From Patescibacteria group bacterium (lineage in GTDB: Bacteria > Patescibacteriota > Patescibacteriia > UBA1558 > GWA2-36-10), in NCBI GenBank assembly GCA_028718865.1, contig JAQUKX010000003.1, positions 33,214 to 97,213 on the forward strand: DNA of 64,000 nt, written 5' to 3'. This document shows, one piece after another, positions 19,601-29,076 of this stretch. Positions within the stretch are counted from its first letter, which is position 1, and each line of letters opens with the position of its first letter. A program made the position numbers and the translations under genes. The notes beneath the pieces were generated by a model. It was not told the DNA's origin, made no database searches, and saw only the letters and a list, made by a program, of their open reading frames with translations.

Positions 19601-20697
19601 AACACACTGGGATATCTGAAGTTGCCGAATTTACTTTTTTCTTTCTCGGTTGTGAATATATTTGTCCAAAGCTTCTTTTGAGCTTAGCCAATTACGGCCA
19701 TCCTTTTGAGCTTCTAGTTTACCCTGTCTAGTTAGTAGATTAAGATATTTGGCTGAGTATGGTGTGCCTTTAGCTAAGACGGCCAGGGACACTAATTTTT
19801 CTTTAGTGTTTTGAGGGGCTAAAGTTTTAAGATAAATATCAAAAGATCTTTCTACTGTTTGAGCGATGAAATTTACAAGCGGAGCATAATCACCCTTGTC
19901 GGCTTTGGCTAAAACATTGTAGTATTTTTTTCGATCATTTTTAAGAATGATAGCTAGAGGATAGCCAGCTTTCATTAATATCAAATTCATAGCCAGTCTA
20001 GCAGTGCGGCCATTGCCGTCAAAAAATGGATGAATATGCACTAGTTTATGGTGAAACAAGGCGGCTAGCTCAATAGTAGGTATATTTTTAAAATTGTTTT
20101 TTAACCAAGCTAGTAGTTGTTCCATTAATTTCGGTACCTCATAGGCATCAGGCGGATTATGCGCAGCGCCAGCTATATAGACATTAGCACTTCGGTATTT
20201 GCCAGCTTGATCTTTTTCAGTTTCTTGCACAATGATTTGATGCAAAGAGCGGATCAATCTTTCAGAGACGGTATTTTGTTTATCGCTATCAATCAAATCA
20301 TATAGATACTCCAGAGCCGCATAATGGTTTTTGGCTTCTAGATGATCTTTGAGCGGCTTGCCTTTGACAGTAATGCCCTCATTGATCACTAAAAAAGTTT
20401 CTTTTAAAGTCAAGCTATTACCCTCGATAGCGTTAGAATTATAGGTCATCTCCAGTCTAAATCTTTCTTGCAGTTTTTTGACCCCGGCTTTAGGCAAGGG
20501 CCGTAATTTATTTAGTTCTTTTTTTTTTGCTTCTAGTCTAGAAGCAATTTGTTTATTTAAGTAATTCATATAAATAATTTAATATGGTATATCTAACTTT
20601 TTATATTATACCATATTAAGAAAAAAAGTAAATTCGGCAATTTCAAGTGAAGCCAAGAAAAGAAATAGAGCTTTATAGTCTATTTCTTCTGGTGATG
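19597..20697 (-). repeat. Degenerate attC-like site enclosing the Fic gene in arm 1
   Basis: gcataac-acactg-ggatatctg left half; 19-bp IR 19622-19640/20622-20640 around fic; right half eroded. Confidence 0.65.
19631..20569 (-). CDS. Fic-domain protein with C-terminal HTH-like domain
   Basis: HPFFDGNGRTAR Fic motif and SNAIEGN inhibitory motif. Confidence 0.93.
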   Translation of the reverse strand: MNYLNKQIASRLEAKKKELNKLRPLPKAGVKKLQERFRLEMTYNSNAIEGNSLTLKETFLVINEGITVKGKPLKDHLEAKNHYAALEYLYDLIDSDKQNTVSERLIRSLHQIIVQETEKDQAGKYRSANVYIAGAAHNPPDAYEVPKLMEQLLAWLKNNFKNIPTIELAALFHHKLVHIHPFFDGNGRTARLAMNLILMKAGYPLAIILKNDRKKYYNVLAKADKGDYAPLVNFIAQTVERSFDIYLKTLAPQNTKEKLVSLAVLAKGTPYSAKYLNLLTRQGKLEAQKDGRNWLSSKEALDKYIHNRERKK

Positions 20698-20871
20698 GTT
20701 GATGTTCAAAATGCTCGTTCATAATATTTTATTTAGTCCGCCTCTGGCGGGAACCGCATACGTGATGTTGGGCGATGTATTGCGCAGTTATTAATTTATA
20801 ATAAATGCTCTTAGGGGATGAGGGAAGCGTGGGCTTCCCTCTGAGGAAGTATAGTACTGACCATGAGTTGG

Positions 20872-21039
20872 TCAGTTATTTCTCCTGCGGAAAAGTCGAT
20901 GGAGAAAATTGTGCCTTTTTCTCGGTGGCATGCAAGGAATGGGCGGACCGAGGTAGCCGAGCATACGCTGGTCAGCTCTCCGTGAGTACTCCTGTGCGAG
21001 ACGGAGGTAATTACGAGAAACCGCACCCTGTTTTTTCAT
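20872..21039 (-). CDS. Small basic cassette ORF (55 aa), not in the ORF track
   Basis: MKKQGAVSRNYLRLAQEYSRR...LFRRRNN with AGGAAAGG upstream; GC-rich and enclosed by IR ~20803-20821/21077-21095. Confidence 0.45.
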   Translation of the reverse strand: MKKQGAVSRNYLRLAQEYSRRADQRMLGYLGPPIPCMPPRKRHNFLHRLFRRRNN

Positions 21040-21162
21040 AAGAAAACCTTTCCTGTTGGAGGTGAACGAACGTGGTCATCCCCTAAGAGTATTTAATTTT
21101 AAAAGTATCAACAAATAAGTTTAATCTCTATAAATATCATTGTCAATATAGAGCAATATTTT

Positions 21163-21298
21163 GCCTAACTGTCTTCAGTATGCGAAGTTGCCTCGCATAT
21201 TTCAGTGATATAATTTTACCATCACTGAAATAAAGAGGCAATTTGCACGAAACCCTAGCTTTTTAGGCTAGGGTGTAGTCGCATACTGGGTGTTGTGC
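21163..21298 (-). repeat. attC-like site, gene-free (136 bp)
   Basis: gcctaac...cagtatgcga / tcgcatactg...gttgtgc with two inner hairpins. Confidence 0.85.
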
Positions 21299-21340
21299 GT
21301 TTTTTAATAAATATTTTTTAATTATATATTTTGATAGGTT

Positions 21341-21994
21341 TTAGTTGTTTTTTAATACACAAGCATTGTTTGATCTATAGTATCCAGAGTTACATGTCCA
21401 ACCATTGCCTAAATAATTTAAGCTAGCATTTGTTGGAGGCTGAACTTTTATACAACTATTGTTTGATCTATAAAAACCATAATCACATGTCCAACCGTTA
21501 CCTAGGTAATTTAATTTTGCATTTGCAGGAACATCGACAGCTACACAAGCATTGTTTGATCTATAGTATCCAGAGTTACATGTCCAACCATTGCCTAAAT
21601 AATTTAAGCTAGCATTTGTTGGAACAATGATAGTTTTTTTAGCGCTAAGATTTTGGTTTGTGGTATTTAAGTTTATACTTGAGCCGGAGTTTTTATTTTC
21701 ATATAATGATTTTCCTACGTAGTAGTCTGGGTCCGTTGTCCAAGTTGGCGTGTCCCAAGTTGATCCTTTTGTTCCGTAAGTTTTATTATATAAACCTTGG
21801 GATGATGTCCAGCTATAATTGTCATATTTTAATCCATTTGGATTACTACGAACATGTGGTTGGACATATGTGCCATTGCTTCTGTAGTAGCCTTTTACTG
21901 AAACATATGCGTCAGCATTGTTTATAAAAGTAGTTGAGCCAATAATTACTACTAAGGTAAAAATAGCTATAAATTTTTTGAATAAATTTTTCAT
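21341..21994 (-). CDS. Secreted cassette protein with three 29-aa Cys-rich repeats
   Basis: Signal peptide, VKGYYRSNGTYVQPHVRS motif, (P.NA.LNYLGNGWTC..G.YRSNN.C)x3. Confidence 0.8.
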   Translation of the reverse strand: MKNLFKKFIAIFTLVVIIGSTTFINNADAYVSVKGYYRSNGTYVQPHVRSNPNGLKYDNYSWTSSQGLYNKTYGTKGSTWDTPTWTTDPDYYVGKSLYENKNSGSSINLNTTNQNLSAKKTIIVPTNASLNYLGNGWTCNSGYYRSNNACVAVDVPANAKLNYLGNGWTCDYGFYRSNNSCIKVQPPTNASLNYLGNGWTCNSGYYRSNNACVLKNN

Positions 21995-22111
21995 AGTTTT
22001 GATAATAATATTTAGTATATTACCATAAAATTGTATTATTGTCAAGGTTATTTTTTTGTCTACAAAAACCTATCAAATTCTTTATTATAAGAAAAATATT
22101 TATTAAATTGC

Positions 22112-22710
22112 GTACAACAGGCCAGGATATGAGAAGTCCCGAAACCTACTAATATGATACAATAAATCACCCTAAAGGGCGATGCATTATATTAGCAGTT
22201 GAGGGATTTTGATAAAAAAGTTGTAAATTTTAAGCTATTTTTAATATTGACAAGTTTATTTAAATATGATATAATGATACATTAAATTCCGGCCAACCTT
22301 AGTGTTAGTTAACAGGAGGGTAATACTGTGAAGAAAGTCGTTCTTATCATCATCGCGATCTTCGCGCTCCTGCTCGTTTCCGGTTGCGCCGGGACCAATT
22401 CGGTTCAGAACACGCCTGGTAGCAATGGCGTGGCTGGGTTCTGGTCTGGCCTCTGGCACGGCATGATCGCGCCGATCAGCTGGTTAATCTCCCTCTTCAA
22501 CTCCAACGTGAACATCTACGAGGTTCACAACAACGGTGGCTGGTACGACTTTGGTTTCGTGCTTGGCGCCGGGATTCTGGCCAGAGGGAGCCGATCCTCA
22601 CGTAGGCGCGAGCACTGAACAAGATCATGGGTTTACTAGTTGTCCCTAACAACTAGTTTTCTTTTACATAAAAAATTTACAACTTTTTTATCTCATATCC
22701 GGTGTTGGGC
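22112..22710 (-). repeat. attC-like site carrying a lipoprotein gene in arm 2
   Basis: ggatatgag / ctcatatcc stem; IR gataaaaaagttgtaaatttt / aaaatttacaacttttttatc around 22328-22618. Confidence 0.82.
22328..22618 (+). CDS. Small GC-rich lipoprotein
   Basis: Lipobox VSGC; AGFWSGLWHG...IYEVHNNGGWYDFGF; own promoter (TTGACA 22247, TATAAT 22270) and SD. Confidence 0.8.
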   Translation: MKKVVLIIIAIFALLLVSGCAGTNSVQNTPGSNGVAGFWSGLWHGMIAPISWLISLFNSNVNIYEVHNNGGWYDFGFVLGAGILARGSRSSRRREH

Positions 22711-22734
22711 GATGTTTATGAATTGACAAATTTA

Positions 22735-23210
22735 TTACAGGTTAGTTTCTAAAATTAAATCATAATCTTTGAAACTGTTTTTTCTATAGAAGTTGATGCC
22801 TTTAATATTTTGAGCAGATGCAACTACGCGTAACCTGCTAATGTTTTTCGACTTACTCCAATTAATAAATGATTGGCAAAGTTTTGAACCTATACCGATA
22901 CCTCTGTATCTTTCCAATACAAACGTACTTTCAAGTTCAGCATAATTTAGTATAGACCTATAAGCATCTTTACTATTGACGAGACTGCCCGTTAGATAGC
23001 CTACAATCTCATTATCTATATAAACCACAAAAGCGCAACTATCATTTTTACTAATACATTTTTTAAAATATTCAGTACCATGCTTACTAAATGTCCATTT
23101 ACAATCAATGGTATCATCAAATTCCGCATACTCCTTTTTAAGTAGCATTAGGTTTAATTCTTGAATTTTTTTAAATCTTTATTTGTAGCGTCTTTGATTT
23201 CAAATTTCAT
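22735..23210 (-). pseudogene. GNAT acetyltransferase cassette with apparent frameshift
   Basis: RGIGIGSKL and FYRKNSF motifs; N-terminus MKFEIKDAT is in another frame, with the shift at a T-run ~23166-23172. Confidence 0.7.
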
Positions 23211-23237
23211 ATATTTATTTGTCAATTTATAAATTTC

Positions 23238-23323
23238 GCATAACATCGCGATTATCTGAAGTTTCAGCGAAGCTGAAATTTGGGGATTTTTCGCAGGAAA
23301 ATCCCAGATAATCGCTGTTATCT
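23238..23323 (-). repeat. attC-like site, short type (86 bp)
   Basis: gcataac..gcgattatctg / cagataatcgc..gttatct with two mini-hairpins. Confidence 0.82.
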
Positions 23324-23428
23324 GTCCTGAGCCGAAGGCGAAAGTCTGCAAGACGTGGCGAGGATTTGCGAAGCAAACCGCAGAGTTAATTTGGAATTTG
23401 TGGATGGTGGGAAGGTTATTTGGGCACC

Positions 23429-24328
23429 TTATATTAAGGCGATAATCTCTGGAAGATAAAGCAACACAACACCAAAGACAATTAACAAAATTGGAGCAAT
23501 ATTTTTATTAAAATTGTTTTCTACACTTATCTTTATCCCAATTTTGTGAGCAATGGACTCCAAGATTAATACTGCAAATGGTTGTGTTGCTGCTATTGAA
23601 GAAACAATTGTTGCAGGTAATCCTGCCATTGCGAAATAGGTTGTAAATATCCCCAAAAAAGTTAAACTTTCATTGAGCAATGCCCATTTAATATTTTTTA
23701 GCTCTTTGGGAAACCCCAATCTTATCTTTTTATTGAATAAACCGGGCAGTATAATTAAGCCAACACAAATACTGCTTATAGCTATGCCATTTAATTCTGG
23801 CAAGTTATTTGTTGCAATTTTAATAAAGAACTCGTAAAGAGCAACAACAATGATAAGCGAAATAATCATCCACAAAGAAACTTTTAATCTAATTTGTTTC
23901 GCTTTGACAGAAAGAAAAATTACTCCTAATAATATCATACTCATTCCAAAATAGCTTATCAAGGATAATTTTTCGTTAAGGAATAGGAAAGATAAGATTG
24001 CAACAATAATTGGATAAACATAAACAAAACCTATTACATTTGAAACATCTTCTTTTCCTAGCATATAATAATATAGAAAAAATTGGGAGCCAAAAATTAA
24101 ACCTGCGATTGCGGGGAAAAGCAAATCATTTATAGCTATGTTTGTCCAATTAAGAAAAAGAGCTAAAATAATTCCAATTGCTAAATTTACAATTCCTGCA
24201 ACAATTGTAAAACTGAGGGTATTTTTAACTCTATGAGAAACTACAAATTTATCAAGCACATTCATAAATCCCCAAATAAATGGAGAGATTATCGCAAAAA
24301 TTAATGGTAAAAATATGGGTGTTGTCAT
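23429..24328 (-). CDS. EamA/DMT-family transporter (cassette)
   Basis: Ten TM helices in two repeats; FLNEKLS motif. Confidence 0.85.
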   Translation of the reverse strand: MTTPIFLPLIFAIISPFIWGFMNVLDKFVVSHRVKNTLSFTIVAGIVNLAIGIILALFLNWTNIAINDLLFPAIAGLIFGSQFFLYYYMLGKEDVSNVIGFVYVYPIIVAILSFLFLNEKLSLISYFGMSMILLGVIFLSVKAKQIRLKVSLWMIISLIIVVALYEFFIKIATNNLPELNGIAISSICVGLIILPGLFNKKIRLGFPKELKNIKWALLNESLTFLGIFTTYFAMAGLPATIVSSIAATQPFAVLILESIAHKIGIKISVENNFNKNIAPILLIVFGVVLLYLPEIIALI

Positions 24329-24716
24329 TTTCCTCTTTTACAATTAATTGATTTCTTATTTATTAAGCTATCGTAAGGTGCCCACAAATTAGGAGATGGT
24401 GGTCAGGGGTTACAAATTCCAAATTAATTACAGATAACACACCAGGATATCTGAAGTTGCCGAATAAATATCCGTGATAGAATAATTATAACATCACGGA
24501 TATTTAGAGGCAATTTGTAGTGGAACTCAAGAAAAAATAGAGCATAGTATAAAAATGGCCAAAATCAGATAAAAGTATATAAATTTTACCTAATATTAGC
24601 CAATATTTGCCATTTATGCTTGACAGATTGTGGTATATATGGTATCATTATATATTACTTTGGGAATAAGCCTGAAGTAAGTACCTGAACAAAGTTTCAA
24701 TGAAAGGAAGCTGGTC

Positions 24717-25400
24717 ATGAGCAAGACGCAAGTGGTCGGCACGATGTCCGAATGGTCGGGCATTATCCGCGACATGTTCCGTCAGTTCGACGACGGCTCG
24801 TTGACCCTGGCTCACGCCAAGGCCTTCACCGAGCATCGGAACCCTTTCGCCATTTCGGACATCCAGTCCGAGTGGCAGGAGTTCTACCGCAAGTACTTCC
24901 GCATCAGCGTGGACTTCTCGGATGTCTCGATTCCTGCCGATCCCGGTGGCTTTGACCGCGTCATCTTCATCCCCAAGGGGTTGAAGCTCAACGATGTGCT
25001 CAGGGCCATCCGCAAGCAGTTCCCGGCTTGGAGCTACGAGGAGGATCTGGACAAGGACGTCATCGAGAACATCCGCAAGTCGGATCGCAACTACGCGATT
25101 CTGATTCGCGAGCGGGTGGAGGCCGATGAAGAGCTCAAGAACATCTCGGCCAACCAGCTGAAACAGCAGGGCGTCAACGCCATCACCCTGCTGGAGCGTC
25201 TGGTACTCGAGCTGAAGTACTGGTCCGAGACCGGCCAGCATCTCGATGTCAGCAACATCACCCTGTGCGCCGGTTCGCGCAGCCGCTTTGGTAGCGTGCC
25301 GAACGTCGACTGGAGCGCTGACTGCGGCAAGCTCCACATCTACTGGTTCAGCACTGGCCGTGCCAATGGCCGTCTGCGCGCTCGTCAGTCAGTTTCCTAA
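24717..25400 (+). CDS. DGR target protein (C-terminal VR, probable CLec-like fold)
   Basis: VR at the 3' end; promoter TTGACA(24620)-17-TATCAT; SD AAAGGAAG. Confidence 0.92.
   Translation: MSKTQVVGTMSEWSGIIRDMFRQFDDGSLTLAHAKAFTEHRNPFAISDIQSEWQEFYRKYFRISVDFSDVSIPADPGGFDRVIFIPKGLKLNDVLRAIRKQFPAWSYEEDLDKDVIENIRKSDRNYAILIRERVEADEELKNISANQLKQQGVNAITLLERLVLELKYWSETGQHLDVSNITLCAGSRSRFGSVPNVDWSADCGKLHIYWFSTGRANGRLRARQSVS
25272..25388 (+). repeat. DGR variable region VR1
   Basis: 117 bp vs TR: 16 mismatches, all at TR adenines (manual count). Confidence 0.95.
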
Positions 25401-25685
25401 CACTTCCAACTTTCACCTCTTTCCCTTGAGGTGAGATAGGAGTGTGCAATCACGCCCCGTGTGTGTCAATTCGTTTGACGCCCGGGGCTTTCTTTTTATA
25501 TAATAATCTCGGCTAATACAATCGGTCTTGATTTTTCAGGATAGCGATTTGCCATTTCTTTGGAAACTGCTTGTTAAGTTCTGGCTGGATTAAGTCCACA
25601 CATATTACAAACTCTTTGAAGTTTGACGATTAGTAATATTTATTTAATATCACTCGTCGGCCAAGATGGAATTTAGCAAAAATTG

Positions 25686-25802
25686 GGTTCGCGCAACCGC
25701 AATGGTAACGTGCCGAACGTCAACTGGAACGCTGACAACGGCAAGCTCCACATCAACTGGTACAACACTGACAATGCCAATGACCATCTGCGCGCTCGTC
25801 AG
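25686..25802 (+). ncRNA. DGR template repeat (TR)
   Basis: AAC/AAT-rich copy of the VR located between target and RT. Confidence 0.95.
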
Positions 25803-25838
25803 AAGTTTTCGACAAAAAAGTCCCGTTTTTACTCGGGA

Positions 25839-26198
25839 CTATTTGTTTAAATATTTTATCCACCCGCTCGCCATTTTCGAAATTTGCATCATTTTTTCAG
25901 CTAGGAGTAGGTATTTTTTGTCAGCGATTATTTTTAATTCCCACATTAGTCTAGTCAATCTTTTTGCTACTTCAATTTGTATCTTCAGTTTGGCAACCAC
26001 CACAGATTTTTTATCTCTAGCGGTCAAAGCCGCCAGTGTTCCTAATTCCAAACAATCAATGATAATATTTTCAATTTTTTGGTAAAGCCCAAAGCGTTCC
26101 ATTTTGGCAATTTGTTTTCGTCTGGTGTATAATTCCCGATATAAAGTAGTAAGCTCATGAATTATCGGCAAGCTAACATCGTTGGGGGGGGTAAACAT
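25839..26198 (-). CDS. avd: Avd-like four-helix-bundle accessory protein
   Basis: LPIIH...ERFGLYQKIE...LTRLMWELKII...ISKMASGWIK pattern; adjacent to the RT. Confidence 0.82.
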   Translation of the reverse strand: MFTPPNDVSLPIIHELTTLYRELYTRRKQIAKMERFGLYQKIENIIIDCLELGTLAALTARDKKSVVVAKLKIQIEVAKRLTRLMWELKIIADKKYLLLAEKMMQISKMASGWIKYLNK

Positions 26199-27158
26199 AG
26201 TAGTCTTTTTTTAAAAATTATTTCTTTAGATAATTTGCTTTTATCATGGCGAGAATTTAAGCGTGGTAAAGCCACAAGGCGTGATATTCAGCAGTTTGCC
26301 TTTAATTTGGAAGAAAATATTTTTTGTCTTCACAAAGAGCTTGAAAATATGACGTATTGCCACAGTCCTTATCAGTCATTTTTCATCCAAGATCCAAAAA
26401 CTAGGCATATTCATAAGGCTGGCGTCAAAGATAGAGTTGTCCACCAAGCTTTATTTAGAGTATTATATCATTATTTTGATAAGAAGTTTATTTTTGATTC
26501 ATATTCTTGCAGGCTAAAGAAAGGTAATCATAAGGCTGTCTATCGCTTGGATAAGTTGATAAGAAAGGCCAGCCTTGATTATCAAAAACCAGTTTTTGCC
26601 TTAAAGTGCGATATCAGAAAATTTTTTGCCAACGTTGACCAAAAAATATTATTGTCTTTATTACAAAAAACTATTAAAGACCAAGATACTCTTTGGCTAG
26701 TTAAAAAAATTATTGATAGTTTTACATGTAGTCAAAATAAAGGTTTGCCTCTGGGCAATGTTACTAGTCAATTATTTTCCAATATTTATCTTAATGAGCT
26801 TGATTATTTTGTAAAACATACTTTAAGGCAAAAGTTTTATATCAGATATTGCGATGATTTTATTATTTTACATCAAGACAAAAAATATTTAGAAAATTTA
26901 GTTGCCACTTTAGCTAATTTTTTGCAAGCTAGACTAAAGTTAGATTTGCACCCTAATAAAATAACAATAAGGAAAGTAAATCAAGGTGTGGACTTTTTAG
27001 GTTATGTGGCTTTGACACGCTATCGAGTGTTGAGGACAAAAACAAAGAAGAGAATTTTGCGTCTTGCCAGTAGTAAAAATTTACAGTCTTATCTAGGAGT
27101 ATTACATCATGCCAATGCTTATGAATTAAAGCAGGTATTGATAAAAAAGATTGTTTAG
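26157..27158 (+). CDS. DGR reverse transcriptase
   Basis: DRVVHQA, CDIRKFF, GLPLGNVTSQ, RYCDDF and GVDFLGY motifs; 333 aa with no endonuclease domain. Confidence 0.95.
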   Translation: MNYRQANIVGGGKHSSLFLKIISLDNLLLSWREFKRGKATRRDIQQFAFNLEENIFCLHKELENMTYCHSPYQSFFIQDPKTRHIHKAGVKDRVVHQALFRVLYHYFDKKFIFDSYSCRLKKGNHKAVYRLDKLIRKASLDYQKPVFALKCDIRKFFANVDQKILLSLLQKTIKDQDTLWLVKKIIDSFTCSQNKGLPLGNVTSQLFSNIYLNELDYFVKHTLRQKFYIRYCDDFIILHQDKKYLENLVATLANFLQARLKLDLHPNKITIRKVNQGVDFLGYVALTRYRVLRTKTKKRILRLASSKNLQSYLGVLHHANAYELKQVLIKKIV

Positions 27159-27320
27159 TTTTTTATATAATAGATAGCTCTATTTTTTCTTGAGTTCCAC
27201 CAGATATCCGGTGATAGACGATGTCACGACTATATAAAAAAACAAAAAAGTTTAGAAAAATATCTAAACTCTTTTTATTTGTATGAGTATTATTTTAGTA
27301 TGCAAGTAGTCGTGATTTCT

Positions 27321-27531
27321 GTCTATCAGTCGTGCGTATGCGACGTCCCGAAACGAGCTTTGCGGTAAAATAGTGCGGAGCACATCGCAAAGGCGAGTAG
27401 AGGGATGTAGGCTAAAGCTCACACATACTAAAAGAATAAAATTAAAAGTGCCTAAGCTAATTTAAGCACTTTTAACTATAAATTTCAAATGTAGTATAGG
27501 TGTAAGCTAAGCCGCATACGCGGTGTTGTGC
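27321..27531 (-). repeat. attC-like site, long non-coding type (211 bp)
   Basis: gtctatc core; arms nearly identical to those of sites 29077, 30668 and 38965. Confidence 0.85.
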
Positions 27532-27546
27532 GCTGTAATAAAGTCC

Positions 27547-27831
27547 TTATTTCTTTTGGTTCAGAAATTCTTTATATAGTTCTTGAATTCTAGTCGCTTT
27601 TTCAGCAGCCTCAAGTATTTCTTGTTGTCTACCCTCTTTTAATGTATTGGCAATATTTTCAGGTCTTAGAGAATCATTCATATAATCATTAAGATATCGT
27701 CCCACTATATCACTACCAGCTTCTAATGCCTGGTGTAATTTTTCTGAATCAGGAAATTCAGCTTTTACTCTTTCAATGAAATCTTGCGGGTAGCCAGACT
27801 CGCCCTCTGTTTTTGGTTTTTCCATGTTCAT
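27547..27831 (-). CDS. Cassette hypothetical protein
   Basis: ORF fills the cassette and is enclosed by IR taataaagtcct / aggactttatta. Confidence 0.7.
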   Translation of the reverse strand: MNMEKPKTEGESGYPQDFIERVKAEFPDSEKLHQALEAGSDIVGRYLNDYMNDSLRPENIANTLKEGRQQEILEAAEKATRIQELYKEFLNQKK

Positions 27832-27909
27832 AATTTTTTTCGTTAATTATTAATTCAATATGTATAATATATTATTATATTTTAAATGTAAATAGGACTT
27901 TATTATGGC

Positions 27910-28497
27910 GTATAACAGACAAGCGTATCTGAAGTCCCGAATGAGCGGGGCGGTATAATTTCAGCGAAGCTGACCGCCCAAGTGAATGAGGGATTTGGGC
28001 GGAGCTAGTAAAATAAATATTTAATTTTCTATTACACTGGTATATTTAAAATCCTTATAATTCAAACTCGTTTTACCTAATAGATCTTTTCTCATATTTA
28101 ATACTATTTCACCTATTACTTTTTGTCCATCTTCTGGATTAGGAGCCTTACCTTCCTCAGAGATGAGTAGTTGGACTAAACGATTAAGTGATTTTACTAC
28201 TTCATCTGAACAGTAGAGCCATGAGCTATATTGTTCTTCAAAGAATTTCTTTTTTAAATTTCCAGAAGTTGTATTACCAACAAAACCTTGTAAATATATA
28301 AGTAGCTTGGCATATTTTTCTTCTTTAAATTTAAGCATAGCTTCGGTCTTTTTTGATTTTATTCCGAAATAATATGTAAGCCAAGCGCCTAATCCGCCAG
28401 AAGCTAGAGAAGTTATTATTGTTAGAATGATATTATCCATAGTAGAAAATTAAATATTTATTTTACGTCTAGCGGAGCCAGATACGCGGTGTTGTGT
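27910..28497 (-). repeat. attC-like site carrying gene 28021-28440 in arm 2
   Basis: Covarying stem gcgtatctg / cagatacgc; IR gtaaaataaatatttaattttcta / tagaaaattaaatatttattttac. Confidence 0.85.
28021..28440 (-). CDS. Membrane-anchored hypothetical protein inside an att site
   Basis: N-terminal TM helix; ORF fills the loop. Confidence 0.75.
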   Translation of the reverse strand: MDNIILTIITSLASGGLGAWLTYYFGIKSKKTEAMLKFKEEKYAKLLIYLQGFVGNTTSGNLKKKFFEEQYSSWLYCSDEVVKSLNRLVQLLISEEGKAPNPEDGQKVIGEIVLNMRKDLLGKTSLNYKDFKYTSVIEN

Positions 28498-28504
28498 GCT
28501 GTTG

Positions 28505-29023
28505 CTAATTTGCCTCTAATATTTCTTTTGCTTTTTTTAAAAAAGTTAGGTCTCTTTTTTGGATAAAAGAACCCTCATAATTATCAGGTTTATCATTTTC
28601 TAAAGTCTTTATAGCGTCTTCTAAACTAAACCAAACAAGTTTAAAGCCCTCTGCTATTTCGCCTTTATCAAAACTAGGTAAATTATTTTTGTTAGTTATG
28701 TTACCTAAATAACAGTAAGAAGTTTGTTTTAGATTATCATGCCAGTTAAAATTAATAGCAGATCGATATTCAATAATTTGTCCAATTTCTTTTTCTACCT
28801 CTATTTCACAGCCAGTTTCTTCTAAAAGTTCCCTTCTTAAACCTTGCATTTTATCTTCGCCCTCTTCAATCCCACCACCAGGTATTTTATGATAATTATG
28901 TTTGGATACGAAAAGCAGAGGAGTGAGTCCTTGATTATCAAAAACTATAGCTCTAGTAGCTTCTCTTATTTTAAAATTATCAGAAGGGAAATTTTCGTCT
29001 CTTAATTCTTTTAATGTTTCCAT
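28505..29023 (-). CDS. NUDIX hydrolase (cassette)
   Basis: GGGIEEGEDKMQGLRRELLEETG Nudix box. Confidence 0.92.
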   Translation of the reverse strand: METLKELRDENFPSDNFKIREATRAIVFDNQGLTPLLFVSKHNYHKIPGGGIEEGEDKMQGLRRELLEETGCEIEVEKEIGQIIEYRSAINFNWHDNLKQTSYCYLGNITNKNNLPSFDKGEIAEGFKLVWFSLEDAIKTLENDKPDNYEGSFIQKRDLTFLKKAKEILEAN

Positions 29024-29076
29024 ATTGGGGGGTTCTTTTATTAGGTATATTTAATGAGTAGCAAATTAGCAATGGC

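Larger units (their letters stand above)
24620..27158 (+). mobile_element. Diversity-generating retroelement (target-VR, TR, avd, RT)
   Basis: VR/TR pair differing only at adenines, Avd-like ORF and DGR-type RT. Confidence 0.95.
24432..27219 (-). repeat. attC-like site enclosing the entire DGR in arm 2
   Basis: ggatatctg (24445) / cagatatcc (27201) stem and perfect 24-bp IR 24520-24543/27177-27200. Confidence 0.85.

Noticed and set aside
24648-25337. Long antisense ORFs over GC-rich genes (also 6293-6841, 12312-12998, 29413-29877, 38440-38871)
   Set aside because: Shadow frames caused by high GC3; the opposite strand has the promoter, SD and protein motifs
25666-26085. 139-aa ORF overlapping the TR
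   Set aside because: Reads through the TR and is antisense to avd; low-complexity translation
26157-27158. Group II intron or retron RT
   Set aside because: GNxxSQ motif, short length, adjacent TR/VR pair and Avd identify a DGR; no intron domain V/VI or msr-msd was seen
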